The position numbers and the translations under genes are program-made. The notes beneath the pieces were generated by a model that did no database searches, was not told the DNA's origin, and worked only from the letters and a program-made list of their open reading frames with translations. From Candidatus Iainarchaeum sp. (lineage in GTDB: Archaea; Iainarchaeota; Iainarchaeia; Iainarchaeales; JAGVWC01), in assembly GCA_018304465.1 (NCBI GenBank), contig JAGVWC010000010.1, positions 96,001 through 160,000 of the forward strand: a stretch of DNA of 64,000 bases. Direction: 5' to 3'. Positions 25,675-35,161 of the stretch are shown in pieces (the stretch's first letter is position 1; each line of letters opens with the position of its first letter).

Positions 25675-28600
25675 TCATTCTTTTTTCCGCACCACCGCGA
25701 TCACCCGAACAATCAGCAGCACCACCACAATCCCGCCGACCAATGGCACGACTCCCATCGAAAACAAGTCATCCGCAGGAGTGTTCGGATCCCGTGTCGA
25801 ATTTTGATCCGGATTCGTTCCGCCGGATTTGGGAAACACGGAGACCGATGATTTGGCGTTTCCTTTGGATGCCGACAACAACACCACGTTTTTTTGACCG
25901 GTCAAAAGCGCAATCCCCGCGGCGTCCGTTGCCACAGTTTCGTTTCCGTACACGATCTTGACGTCGGTCACCGGCAACCCGTTCGAATCCGAAACCATCA
26001 CCGAAAACGGTTTTCCAACGAACACATTTCCGTCATCCAAGGAAATCTGCAATGCCCCCGAAAGCGTGATCGAAGAAGCAGGCGTCGAACCCGTTGTGCG
26101 AACGAACTTGCGTAATTTGATCGATTGAAAACCGGGTTTGGATATTTCAACAAAAACCGCTTTGACATCCGCGACAAACGAAACGATTCCGTCCGGATTC
26201 GTGTCCTTATTGACATCAAAATACGTGACCCGAGCATCCGACAAGGGTTTTCCGGAAATATCCAGAACCGAAACCTCGAATGTTTTTCCGTGAACCAAAA
26301 ACGAGGGAAGAACCGCTTTTAGCGACAAGAGGGGAATCTTGGAGCAATACGCGGAACACTCGCCTTGATCCATGCATTCGAAACCCGCGCCACACGACGC
26401 ATCCGAAGCGCACAAAGGCTGTTTGCAGGCAAAAGAACAGCACAACGAACCCGCAGAACAATCCGAAGCCGCGGAACACGCCGTCGAATTCGGGGTCCCG
26501 CATTGAGCTGAACACGAATTCGGGTTGAAACAGGTTTGTCCCGACGAACAATCCGAATTGGTTTTGCAAGCCGGGGCCTTACACGCGTTTTGACAGCAAA
26601 AAAAACCCGAAGAACAATTTCCATCGCCCGTACACGCCGAAGCGGGTGGACACGAAACCGCCGACGCGACTCCGTTGCAACAAAAACCGCTTGAAACCGT
26701 CGCGGAACCGCATTGACAGGGCGACGAAACCGGACCCGAAGGACAAGCTGAATTGTTTTGACAAACCGCCGAACACGAATTGGGGTTTCCACACGAAAGA
26801 CCCGTCGGACAATCGGGATTTCCCGTGCAAACAGCCCGAAGTGCAAATACGCCGCTACAGCAAATGCCGCTTGTGCGTTCGTTTCCGCCGCACAAACATT
26901 TTCCGTTAATAGGGCCATCGGGACACAATGCCGTCATGTTTCGATACGCCGTCCACATTTCCCCGAAAAAAGCCGAACCATGATATCCCTGATCCTTGTT
27001 TGATCCGTGATACGTTGGAAAACGCCCGATGCCATCCGCCGCGTTGGTATCCAAAATACAGCTGCCCGCCGGATTCGGTCCGAATGTTTTTCCGTAATTG
27101 TCCCGGCTGTACACGCAAAACCCGCCCGCGCACGCACTGGCTTCGGTTGCCGGAGTACACGATTGACCCGGATTCGTTCCCCCCGAACACGTGCCTTTGT
27201 CCGGAGGCGCGCATACATCCGGCTGGCTCCAGCCGCCGACACTCACCCAACGATCGACAAAATCAAGAAACTCTTCGTCGTTCCAAGCCTGACGAAGCAA
27301 AGGAATGGATCGAACCGCAAGCGCGGTTCCTTTCCAATTCTGGGAATTAGCGGAAAACAAGTAACCGCCGCCCGGATGCCTTCCGCCATCCACGTATCCA
27401 TACGGATCCCGACAGGTACGGCTGCCGGTATCCTCAATGACATTGTTCCAGTACTGGGTTTCCGAACACCCCGGTTGTCCGTACAACGGACGATTGGCCA
27501 CCGGGCTGAAAAACACGCTTCCGTTTTCCGAAAACACGTCTTCTCCCGCGGTCGCCGAAAGCAACCGCATCGCGTTGTTATCCAACAACACGCCGGCAAA
27601 CGCGATCGCTAATTTGCGGCCGTCGCTATGGCCTCCGTTCGGCGGCCATTTTCCGTTGTTTTGCGCCACGTGAAACAAATCGATTCCGTTTTGTAAAAAA
27701 TTGATGGTTGCCTGTCGCTTGGCGGAAACCGGATCATTTAACATCAATCGTAACACCGTTACCGCGCTTTGCGTGGCAATATCCGAACCATAATCCGGCA
27801 TGTTGTCGGCGGGATGCATGACACGACCCATCCAATTGGTTTTGTGATCCAATTGAACGCGGTTATACCAGCCTTCAAGGGTTGAAAGCGACGGGGGATT
27901 TGCGGTCGGCGCCAAGGAAGGCAAGCGATCAAACCGAATGTCATTGACCGAATACAATGGTTTTTGGGAACCGAAATACGGCGGACGAAACAAACTCTGG
28001 CCTTGATCCACGGGAACCGCATCCAGCACGGTTAACACTACCGCGGTTTTCAGGCACGGTCTACAATCCGCATCGTTTAAGGGTTCACTCGAAACGCTTT
28101 TGACGATTGATTTTCCGCCGGTAACCGTTAACGGCAACGATGGAACCAGACTTGGTTTGAATGCTCCGATGCGCGCGTCAAATCCCTGATCGTCGATGCT
28201 CGACGGATTGATTTCGAACCCGTGATGACTGCCATCAAAACCCGGTGACACTAAAACCAACGAAACGGGTCCACGCACCCAAAAATCGCCGTTGGCAAAT
28301 TGTCCGACCCGATATCCCTTGTCGAAATTAAACGTCACGCCATGCTGGGAAACACTCGATTGACACGCGGGACAATTGCCTCCGCAATCGATTCCGGTTT
28401 CGGGCGCGTCCAGCAAATTATTCGAACACACGCCTGCCGCCAAGTCAATCGAATACAAATGCACCGCCAGCTGGGAAAAATCATCCGAAAAAGAACCGTT
28501 CGAAAACGCAATGGATCGGTTTTCATCGATCACGCCAATCGTGCCGGTTGAAATAGGCAAACCAGAAAACGAAAACGTGACTCGTCCGGTTTTTCTAGTA

Positions 28601-29616
28601 GCGGGATTGTAATTCTTATCGCCTTCCACCGCGAAAACGTACAATACATTTCCTTTTTGCCGGATCATGACCTGCATGTTCAAATCATTCGTGACCGCGG
28701 TTGAAACCGAGACCCCCGCGACTTCGGGTGATAGAATCGCTTCCGATAACTGCGTGATTTGACGGTTCGTGCGAACCATTTCGTCTTTGATGCTTTGCGT
28801 CAGGTTAATGTATCGAAACGGATTGAAAGAAATCGTAAAGTATCCGAGGCCTTTGGCGCCATGAACGATGGATAACCATGCTTCCGCCCGCATTTCATAA
28901 TCCAAGGGCCCCCGGGTTGCAGGAATCGTCCAGGAAAGGCCTTGATCCGAGGCTTCGATAATGGGCCAGACGGGTTTTGAGCGGCCCACATACTCGTCAT
29001 ACATGACCCGCGTCATGTCCCCCAATTCGTAAATGCGATGATACGCGTTGTTCCAGCCGGTAACCGGGTAATGATCATATGAAATAATCGAACCGTTTTC
29101 CGTATAGCGGTTAAACCATGCGAAATTGCCATCCATCCATTTTCCGCAACTCGCCCGATAATACGAGTAAAAACTCGCGGTCATCAGGTTCACCGAAAAC
29201 GCGTTGGGATACTGGGCTTTGTATTGGGCTTCTCGACTAGCGATCGCAGCCGCGGTTTCTTTGGGGGCCGTGGTTCCGCATTCTTGTTCATGCACCAGCA
29301 AATACACCAAAAACGCCGGATGATTCACGGTTTGCTCCGACAAATACTGATAGCCCGGAATCATGAACAAACCGTATTCCTGACCCTTGTTCAGCCAGTT
29401 AACCACGTCCCCATCGCTGCCATCATACCCCATAATGGTGTTGACGCCTAACACCGCATGATCATCCACATAGTTTCCCGGTTCATCCCAAGCAAAAATC
29501 GGAAAAAACGGTTTTCCATCCACAATCAATTCGTTGTTCGGACCCATCGAAACGGTTTTGGCCGAAACCGCCGACAAAACCAACACAAAAACGGCGATCC
29601 AAATCAAAAAATTCAA
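25675..29616 (-). CDS. 1313-aa membrane-anchored surface protein: GH-A-like TIM barrel, second globular domain, Cys-rich repeats, Ig-like domains, C-terminal TM
   Basis: Signal peptide; VDGKPFFPI, LGVNT, HEQE, SYDHYP, KPVWPIIEA, EAWLSIVHGAKGLGYF; ETGIDCGG.C..C; C-terminal TM plus RKKE. Confidence 0.8.
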   Translation of the reverse strand: MNFLIWIAVFVLVLSAVSAKTVSMGPNNELIVDGKPFFPIFAWDEPGNYVDDHAVLGVNTIMGYDGSDGDVVNWLNKGQEYGLFMIPGYQYLSEQTVNHPAFLVYLLVHEQECGTTAPKETAAAIASREAQYKAQYPNAFSVNLMTASFYSYYRASCGKWMDGNFAWFNRYTENGSIISYDHYPVTGWNNAYHRIYELGDMTRVMYDEYVGRSKPVWPIIEASDQGLSWTIPATRGPLDYEMRAEAWLSIVHGAKGLGYFTISFNPFRYINLTQSIKDEMVRTNRQITQLSEAILSPEVAGVSVSTAVTNDLNMQVMIRQKGNVLYVFAVEGDKNYNPATRKTGRVTFSFSGLPISTGTIGVIDENRSIAFSNGSFSDDFSQLAVHLYSIDLAAGVCSNNLLDAPETGIDCGGNCPACQSSVSQHGVTFNFDKGYRVGQFANGDFWVRGPVSLVLVSPGFDGSHHGFEINPSSIDDQGFDARIGAFKPSLVPSLPLTVTGGKSIVKSVSSEPLNDADCRPCLKTAVVLTVLDAVPVDQGQSLFRPPYFGSQKPLYSVNDIRFDRLPSLAPTANPPSLSTLEGWYNRVQLDHKTNWMGRVMHPADNMPDYGSDIATQSAVTVLRLMLNDPVSAKRQATINFLQNGIDLFHVAQNNGKWPPNGGHSDGRKLAIAFAGVLLDNNAMRLLSATAGEDVFSENGSVFFSPVANRPLYGQPGCSETQYWNNVIEDTGSRTCRDPYGYVDGGRHPGGGYLFSANSQNWKGTALAVRSIPLLRQAWNDEEFLDFVDRWVSVGGWSQPDVCAPPDKGTCSGGTNPGQSCTPATEASACAGGFCVYSRDNYGKTFGPNPAGSCILDTNAADGIGRFPTYHGSNKDQGYHGSAFFGEMWTAYRNMTALCPDGPINGKCLCGGNERTSGICCSGVFALRAVCTGNPDCPTGLSCGNPNSCSAVCQNNSACPSGPVSSPCQCGSATVSSGFCCNGVASAVSCPPASACTGDGNCSSGFFCCQNACKAPACKTNSDCSSGQTCFNPNSCSAQCGTPNSTACSAASDCSAGSLCCSFACKQPLCASDASCGAGFECMDQGECSAYCSKIPLLSLKAVLPSFLVHGKTFEVSVLDISGKPLSDARVTYFDVNKDTNPDGIVSFVADVKAVFVEISKPGFQSIKLRKFVRTTGSTPASSITLSGALQISLDDGNVFVGKPFSVMVSDSNGLPVTDVKIVYGNETVATDAAGIALLTGQKNVVLLSASKGNAKSSVSVFPKSGGTNPDQNSTRDPNTPADDLFSMGVVPLVGGIVVVLLIVRVIAVVRKKE

Positions 29617-29819
29617 ACAGCGGATTTTGGATACCCCCGATTCATCCAGCGCAAAAACAAAATCAACCCCAACAACCCGACCGCCAAACTTCCGGCAACA
29701 AACACCCAGTCAATTCCGTCCGCGGGTGAAACAATCGGATCGGAACCGGAATTGGTTTCTCCGCCCGAGGTCTTCGGAAAAACCGTCAATAAGGGGAGAA
29801 TACGGTTCATTTCATCCAA
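29613..29819 (-). CDS. Small TM protein resembling the C-terminal anchor of the 1313-aa protein (possible gene remnant)
   Basis: TVFPKTSGGETN..DP..PAD plus TM versus SVFPKSGGTN...DP..PAD plus TM; 4-nt overlap with the next gene. Confidence 0.55.
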   Translation of the reverse strand: MDEMNRILPLLTVFPKTSGGETNSGSDPIVSPADGIDWVFVAGSLAVGLLGLILFLRWMNRGYPKSAV

Positions 29820-29849
29820 TAGGACGCCGGAATTATTAATAATTTCGAA

Positions 29850-30245
29850 TTATCCGGTCACGAATACTTTTTGGGTTTTTTCGCTGAAAAACACGTACAA
29901 GGATTTACCCGGGTTCGAAAGATCCGTCAAAGCCGGATCCAGATTTTCGGGGTTGATATCTTGAATCGGGTTTCCTTCAATCGGACCATGCAAAATATAG
30001 CATAACCGGTCGCCTTCGTATTTTCCCAGGTTATTCTGATAACACAAATCCGCGAGATTCGCGACTTCGGACGGCGAAATACTCGAGATATCCACGAAAA
30101 AATCCATGTCTTTTTCGCACGCGAGCGAAAACTGTTTCAACTGGACATTTCCCTGGTTAATGATGCCCGACGAAAAATTAATGACCAACAACGCCACGGC
30201 GATTCCCACAAACAACGTGATTACGATAGCAATCGGCATTTCCAT
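29850..30245 (-). CDS. Pilin-like protein without basic leader
   Basis: MEMPIAIVITLFVGIAVALLVI; CY..N...LCY head; in-frame TAG two codons upstream. Confidence 0.75.
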   Translation of the reverse strand: MEMPIAIVITLFVGIAVALLVINFSSGIINQGNVQLKQFSLACEKDMDFFVDISSISPSEVANLADLCYQNNLGKYEGDRLCYILHGPIEGNPIQDINPENLDPALTDLSNPGKSLYVFFSEKTQKVFVTG

Positions 30246-30291
30246 AAACTAAAACCCTCGAAATACTATCACAGTTGGAATATTAAAAGGT

Positions 30292-30702
30292 TTACGGCTC
30301 GACCACGATTTGTTTTCCCTCGCAATGCAGGCCCACGACCGCCGGAATTTGGATTCCAACGTCCAGTTTGATGTTGCAATCCGTGCAATAATTGTACTTG
30401 GCGAACAAATTCATCAAAAAATCCTTGTTCAAATCGCCTTTTGGTTCTGTAATGTAATACGAACCGCAATTCGCGTCCAGGTTGCCGAACTGGCAGGTTT
30501 CCCAGCAATGCTCGAGTTCGCCCGCAAACCGCGTCAAGGTCACCCGGTTCAATTGGCTTGGATCCGGCGCGCGGTTTGGAAAAATCAGACTCGATATCGT
30601 ATCGTAAATCTCACCGGGTTTTAAGCCGCCCAAAAACATGAGCATGAGGCTCCCGACCACGATCGCGGACATCAAAAAAATAACCAGTTCAATCGCCTGC
30701 AT
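30292..30702 (-). CDS. Pilin-like protein without basic leader
   Basis: MQAIELVIFLMSAIVVGSLML; CWETC..G....C head. Confidence 0.75.
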   Translation of the reverse strand: MQAIELVIFLMSAIVVGSLMLMFLGGLKPGEIYDTISSLIFPNRAPDPSQLNRVTLTRFAGELEHCWETCQFGNLDANCGSYYITEPKGDLNKDFLMNLFAKYNYCTDCNIKLDVGIQIPAVVGLHCEGKQIVVEP

Positions 30703-30714
30703 ACCATCAACCCT

Positions 30715-30807
30715 TCATTTGAGTTTCTCGAAAACAAACAAAATCACAAACGTGACAAACGCAAGCCCGATCATGACTTCGACTGCCAGCCAAAGCGCCC
30801 GGTTCAA
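30715..30807 (-). CDS. 30-aa single-TM microprotein
   Basis: Manual: TTG start overlaps the platform gene stop; MNRALWLAVEVMIGLAFVTFVILFVFEKLK fills the intergenic gap. Confidence 0.55.
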   Translation of the reverse strand: MNRALWLAVEVMIGLAFVTFVILFVFEKLK

Positions 30808-32681
30808 CTGGCCGCCCCCAGAATCTGAACGAACACGAATTCACGGAACACGAAATAACCGATCAACAACAAGGACGAATAAATGATGAACGCCATCACG
30901 GTGTTGGTCAACACGCTTTCGGCGATCTTGAACTTGTCGGTTCCATGTTTGACGTTCGAAAGAAACAACGACAAAATCAACACCATTTCCAAAAAATAAA
31001 TTCCGACCACGAATTCAAGAATCGTCGGCGGAATGATTTTGTCCACCTTGATCAAACCCAGTTCAAAATGACCTCCGAACAATTCGAAAATCGCGGCCAA
31101 TTTGTCCTCGATAAACGTCAAACTCATGACGATCGCCATAGTCATGATCACGGAAGCGCTGGCCAACAATGGAATCAAAATCGTGATGGTTCCCTGAACC
31201 AAGGACCCCGTATCCGCAAGCAACGTCTGGATATAATCGTCCAGTTTGTAAATGCTGATGGTTTGTTCGCGAATCAGTTTCGCGGATTTCGCGGCGCTGG
31301 CCTGGTCAATGTCCGAAAAACTGACGATTTTGTCAAACACGCTCGTGACGCGTTTGGACGGACAAATCGTGGGCAATACGTTTTTGACGATTTCCATCAT
31401 GGTATCCTTGGTGCGGTACAAGCGTTCGCGCATTTCCGAAAACATTCCCGTGACCGGATGATTCTGCAATCCGTGTTTTTTGTAATCGTCAATCACGTCG
31501 TCCATGATGCTTTCGACCGACCGGTTCAAGGAAAGATACGTCGCGAACACCTGCAGTAAGTGCGGCAAATCCGCTTCGATATCGTGAATCCGCTGCCAGA
31601 GTTTCTTGTGCGTGTTTACGTACATCCAAGAAATGATTCCGACTCCGATCGTGATTCCAAGCGTACTGGTCCAGATCTTGACGACGTTTTCAAACGAATA
31701 CTCCTTGTTGATCACGAGGACTTGGGACAACGACAAAAAATGAAGAATCGTGGGAATCAAAAAAATTCCGACGATCACCACCGGAATCGCGTAAAAACTC
31801 GTGGGAATCCGGCGGTAATCCGGGCTTCGGTCCAATTGAATCGCGCTGATCTGCACGCGGTTGGCCGCAAACTGCATCGCCATCATGAGCAGAATCGTCG
31901 GAAAAAAGATGTTGAAAATGAAAATAAGCATGGGCAACGTGATGAAATCCGGCATGAAAATCGAAATCATCGGGGTTAACATGAGCATCATGATCGGAAA
32001 AATGACGCCGGCGCCGATCATGGTTTGCGTCTGGCTGGAGAGTTCTTCGGCGAACCGTTTTCCGCTTTGATGATACGCCACGATAATGGTTTCAATGACT
32101 TCCAGAATTATTTTTTCGCGTTCTTCCTTGGCGGAAAGCGTCGCGGTCTGAAGCAAACTCAAGCCTTTCACGAAATCGGGATTCACTTTTAACCAAATCG
32201 GAATGAAATCCTCGAATCCTTCTCCGATCGTCTTGTATTTTTTTCTTTGAATCCGCTCCAGCATTATTTCGAACTGGTCGTGCAACACGCCATGCAGATT
32301 CATGTTGGTTTGCTGGATCGCGTAATCGATCGACGTATCCAGCGAAATATAATTCGCGATTTCGAGGATTCCGACCAGCATTTCTTCCTTGTAATCGATG
32401 ATGCGCTGGGCATAATACACGCTGGTAATGTACACGAATGCGGCCGCCATGATGACGACATCATAAAACAAAATCACCCAACCGATCAGCGGAATGCTGG
32501 AGAGCAAAAACAGCATCAAGAAACCGAATAAACCGAATACCCCGCCAAAAATCAGGATTCCGGAAATGATGTCGCTGGAATTATACGGGCACGCGATCAA
32601 TTCCATTTTTTCGTCAATGGATTTTAATCTCGGGAAAAAATTATTCTGGCGGCCGAGTTTGTAAATGGCGTCAAACAACAT
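30804..32681 (-). CDS. Type IV pilus membrane platform protein (TadC/ArlJ-like, two T2SSF-like halves)
   Basis: Multiple TMs separated by two cytoplasmic helical domains; directly downstream of the secretion ATPase. Confidence 0.82.
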   Translation of the reverse strand: MLFDAIYKLGRQNNFFPRLKSIDEKMELIACPYNSSDIISGILIFGGVFGLFGFLMLFLLSSIPLIGWVILFYDVVIMAAAFVYITSVYYAQRIIDYKEEMLVGILEIANYISLDTSIDYAIQQTNMNLHGVLHDQFEIMLERIQRKKYKTIGEGFEDFIPIWLKVNPDFVKGLSLLQTATLSAKEEREKIILEVIETIIVAYHQSGKRFAEELSSQTQTMIGAGVIFPIMMLMLTPMISIFMPDFITLPMLIFIFNIFFPTILLMMAMQFAANRVQISAIQLDRSPDYRRIPTSFYAIPVVIVGIFLIPTILHFLSLSQVLVINKEYSFENVVKIWTSTLGITIGVGIISWMYVNTHKKLWQRIHDIEADLPHLLQVFATYLSLNRSVESIMDDVIDDYKKHGLQNHPVTGMFSEMRERLYRTKDTMMEIVKNVLPTICPSKRVTSVFDKIVSFSDIDQASAAKSAKLIREQTISIYKLDDYIQTLLADTGSLVQGTITILIPLLASASVIMTMAIVMSLTFIEDKLAAIFELFGGHFELGLIKVDKIIPPTILEFVVGIYFLEMVLILSLFLSNVKHGTDKFKIAESVLTNTVMAFIIYSSLLLIGYFVFREFVFVQILGAAS

Positions 32682-32694
32682 GTCAATCCCGCCA

Positions 32695-34383
32695 TCAGCT
32701 CACTTTTAACGCTTGCAGGTACTTTACGTACGCTTGCTTGAACTTTTCCTCGTTTTCCTTGTTTTCCAACGGATTCAATTCGTTGAACAACTGGGCAAAC
32801 CCTATATTGCAGTGAACAATCGATTCGGATTCCAAAAAATTGCGTTCTTTTCCCAGTTCTTCGATGAGTTTTTTCTTGGACCACGCGCGTAGCTTCAAAT
32901 CATCCATGACGTTGTCATAATCACGATACCCTTTTGTGACTTCCAGAATATGCTTGATCAAAATGCTTTTTCCGCCCAGCAATTCCTTGGTGGGCTCCAA
33001 TTGATCCGTTTTGGGGTTATACACCAATAAATCCTGGAAAACCGGTTCGGTTTCCCATTCCTTCAACACTTCCGTGACCTGCGTCACGCGCCGGACACGC
33101 TTTAACGTCGAAGGCGTCTTAATCTGCTTGACGATAATAATCAAATCCGTTGCTTTGAACGACCCGCGCGGAACATCCAAATCGTTCACGACACGATCAT
33201 ACACCCCATATGGATTATCCGCGTGCACGGTTCCGGCAACGACATTGGACATCGCTCCGACCCGCATGGCTTCGTACAACACGGTTGCTTCTTTGGATCG
33301 GATTTCTCCGACAATCAACACCGAGTCACCCAACCGCAAACTGGTCCGCAATCCTTTATCGTACGGAATTTCCATGCTTTCGGCCACCAACGCGGATTTT
33401 ACTTTAAGCGAAACCAAATCGTAGCCCAGGCTTTGATAGGCTTCGATCGGCAATTCCTGCGTGTCTTCGATTGTAATGATCCGGTATTTGGGCAAAATCT
33501 CAAGCAACAGCGAACCCAGCAACGCGGTTTTTCCGCTTCCGCGCGGACCGGCAATCAAAAACGTGCGGCCATGCGTGATCGCAAGATCCATCAAACCCGC
33601 AAACCAATCGTTTAACGCGAGATTATCCATAAACAACGGCAACGTCCACGGTTTTTCGCGATGAACACGAATCGAATAACCGGTTCCAAAAATCGAAAAC
33701 GGTTCGCGAATCGCGGCGACACGGGCTTTTCGTTTCTCGACCTGGATTTCTCCGTCGAGCTGCGGCTGGCTTTTATTCAATGGCCGGCCGGTTTTGATTT
33801 TTAACGCGGTTGAAAGATAATTCAAAAAATCCTGAGTCGGATAAATGTTCGTAGTGCATTCGTCGAATTCCTCGTGAATGATCCGCATCGGCGTCTGGAA
33901 TTCTGGCGGATTGATGTTGATTTCCTGGATCGCGGGATCCGCAAGCAAATAATCCAAAATACCGAATTTCTTGATCCAGGTGTCGAGCATCTTGTTGGAC
34001 AAGTCTTTTCCCTCGTACTTGTTGAACAATTCGAACAAATCCTCGAATTTCTGGTTCAAATCCGGAATCTCGATCTTGTACGTGGGTTGCACGGAATCCT
34101 TGGGTTTTAGGATCCGCACGGTCGCGTCCTTGATTTCGTATTTTTTCGCGAGTTTTCCAAATGCCGGCGCCAACACCACGTCGACGAAAAACGGAATGAT
34201 CACGAATTCGTTGGTTTTACGGTAATGAATCTTGGTAAAGGTTTTGTTCTGGAACACGATCACATCGGTTTCGTCGGACAACGGAAACAACGGCGGAGAA
34301 CTCGGACACTTGAATTTGCATTTCGGATGAGTAGAATCGCTAAAACCGTCACATCCGATACAATGAATGGTTTTGACTTCCAT
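32695..34383 (-). CDS. Type II/IV secretion/pilus assembly ATPase (VirB11/TadA/ArlI family)
   Basis: IQEININPP, GPRGSGKT, TIEDTQEL, SLRLGDSVLIVGEIR, GTVHAD; N-terminal CxxC...CxxxC. Confidence 0.93.
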   Translation of the reverse strand: MEVKTIHCIGCDGFSDSTHPKCKFKCPSSPPLFPLSDETDVIVFQNKTFTKIHYRKTNEFVIIPFFVDVVLAPAFGKLAKKYEIKDATVRILKPKDSVQPTYKIEIPDLNQKFEDLFELFNKYEGKDLSNKMLDTWIKKFGILDYLLADPAIQEININPPEFQTPMRIIHEEFDECTTNIYPTQDFLNYLSTALKIKTGRPLNKSQPQLDGEIQVEKRKARVAAIREPFSIFGTGYSIRVHREKPWTLPLFMDNLALNDWFAGLMDLAITHGRTFLIAGPRGSGKTALLGSLLLEILPKYRIITIEDTQELPIEAYQSLGYDLVSLKVKSALVAESMEIPYDKGLRTSLRLGDSVLIVGEIRSKEATVLYEAMRVGAMSNVVAGTVHADNPYGVYDRVVNDLDVPRGSFKATDLIIIVKQIKTPSTLKRVRRVTQVTEVLKEWETEPVFQDLLVYNPKTDQLEPTKELLGGKSILIKHILEVTKGYRDYDNVMDDLKLRAWSKKKLIEELGKERNFLESESIVHCNIGFAQLFNELNPLENKENEEKFKQAYVKYLQALKVS

Positions 34384-34404
34384 TCCAACACCAATGCCTC
34401 AATC

Positions 34405-35076
34405 TCACGATCTGCCGATCAAGCGATTGAAAAAATTCTTGATCTTGTCGCCGACGCCTTCTTTTTTCTTGGGCAACTCGGCATTCGGACCGTAGGGAGA
34501 AACAACTTGGGGTTGGTTAGGCACCGACATCCGCTCGAAACCCCTTCCCTTGGCGGCCTCATCTTCCTTGACTGTTCCGCGTAACTGCTGGACTTGGCTT
34601 TGGAACATCAACGACGCGTTCGAATGCGAAATTTCTTCCAGCGTCTTGATGCGGGTCTCGAGATTCTTCATGATATCCACCATGTTCAAGAACACGTCCC
34701 GGGTTTTGTTGTTGTTGAAGGTTTCGAACATGGTTTCAATATTTTTCATCCGCTCGTTCATCAAGAGCATTTGCTTTAGGGACCCTTTTTCATCCAACTC
34801 TTTTTTCATGACATCCTGGTCTTTTCGGATGTCTTTAAGCACGGTGCCGTAAATCTTGGTTTTCGAAACCTGAATCTTGAATTCGCGCTCTATGTTGTCG
34901 AGGCGCTCCATCGTGTCCTCGGCTTCGCTCATCGGCAAGCCGACCGACACCACTTTTTCCAATCGATCCAGTTTTCCGCTGATCAAATTCAGTTGACCCT
35001 GCACATACCGGTCACGTTCCAGCATTTTTTCCGGTAATTTTTGTGGATTCCAAAGTTCGGAAATTTCCATTCCCAC
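34405..35076 (-). CDS. Coiled-coil hypothetical protein, first gene of the ATPase operon
   Basis: Heptad-rich; amphipathic C-terminal helix KIKNFFNRLIGRS; TTTATATA upstream. Confidence 0.75.
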   Translation of the reverse strand: MGMEISELWNPQKLPEKMLERDRYVQGQLNLISGKLDRLEKVVSVGLPMSEAEDTMERLDNIEREFKIQVSKTKIYGTVLKDIRKDQDVMKKELDEKGSLKQMLLMNERMKNIETMFETFNNNKTRDVFLNMVDIMKNLETRIKTLEEISHSNASLMFQSQVQQLRGTVKEDEAAKGRGFERMSVPNQPQVVSPYGPNAELPKKKEGVGDKIKNFFNRLIGRS

Positions 35077-35161
35077 ACCCCATCATAAATGTATAAATGA
35101 CACGCCGCCAATATATAAACTTTCCTGGATGGCGTTCGCTCCGAGCAAGAGGAAAAGAAAA

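Noticed and set aside
18444-35076. Archaellum (motility) operon or circadian KaiC
   Set aside because: No archaellin or ArlF/G-like genes were recognised; the KaiC-like protein is single-domain with no KaiA/KaiB.
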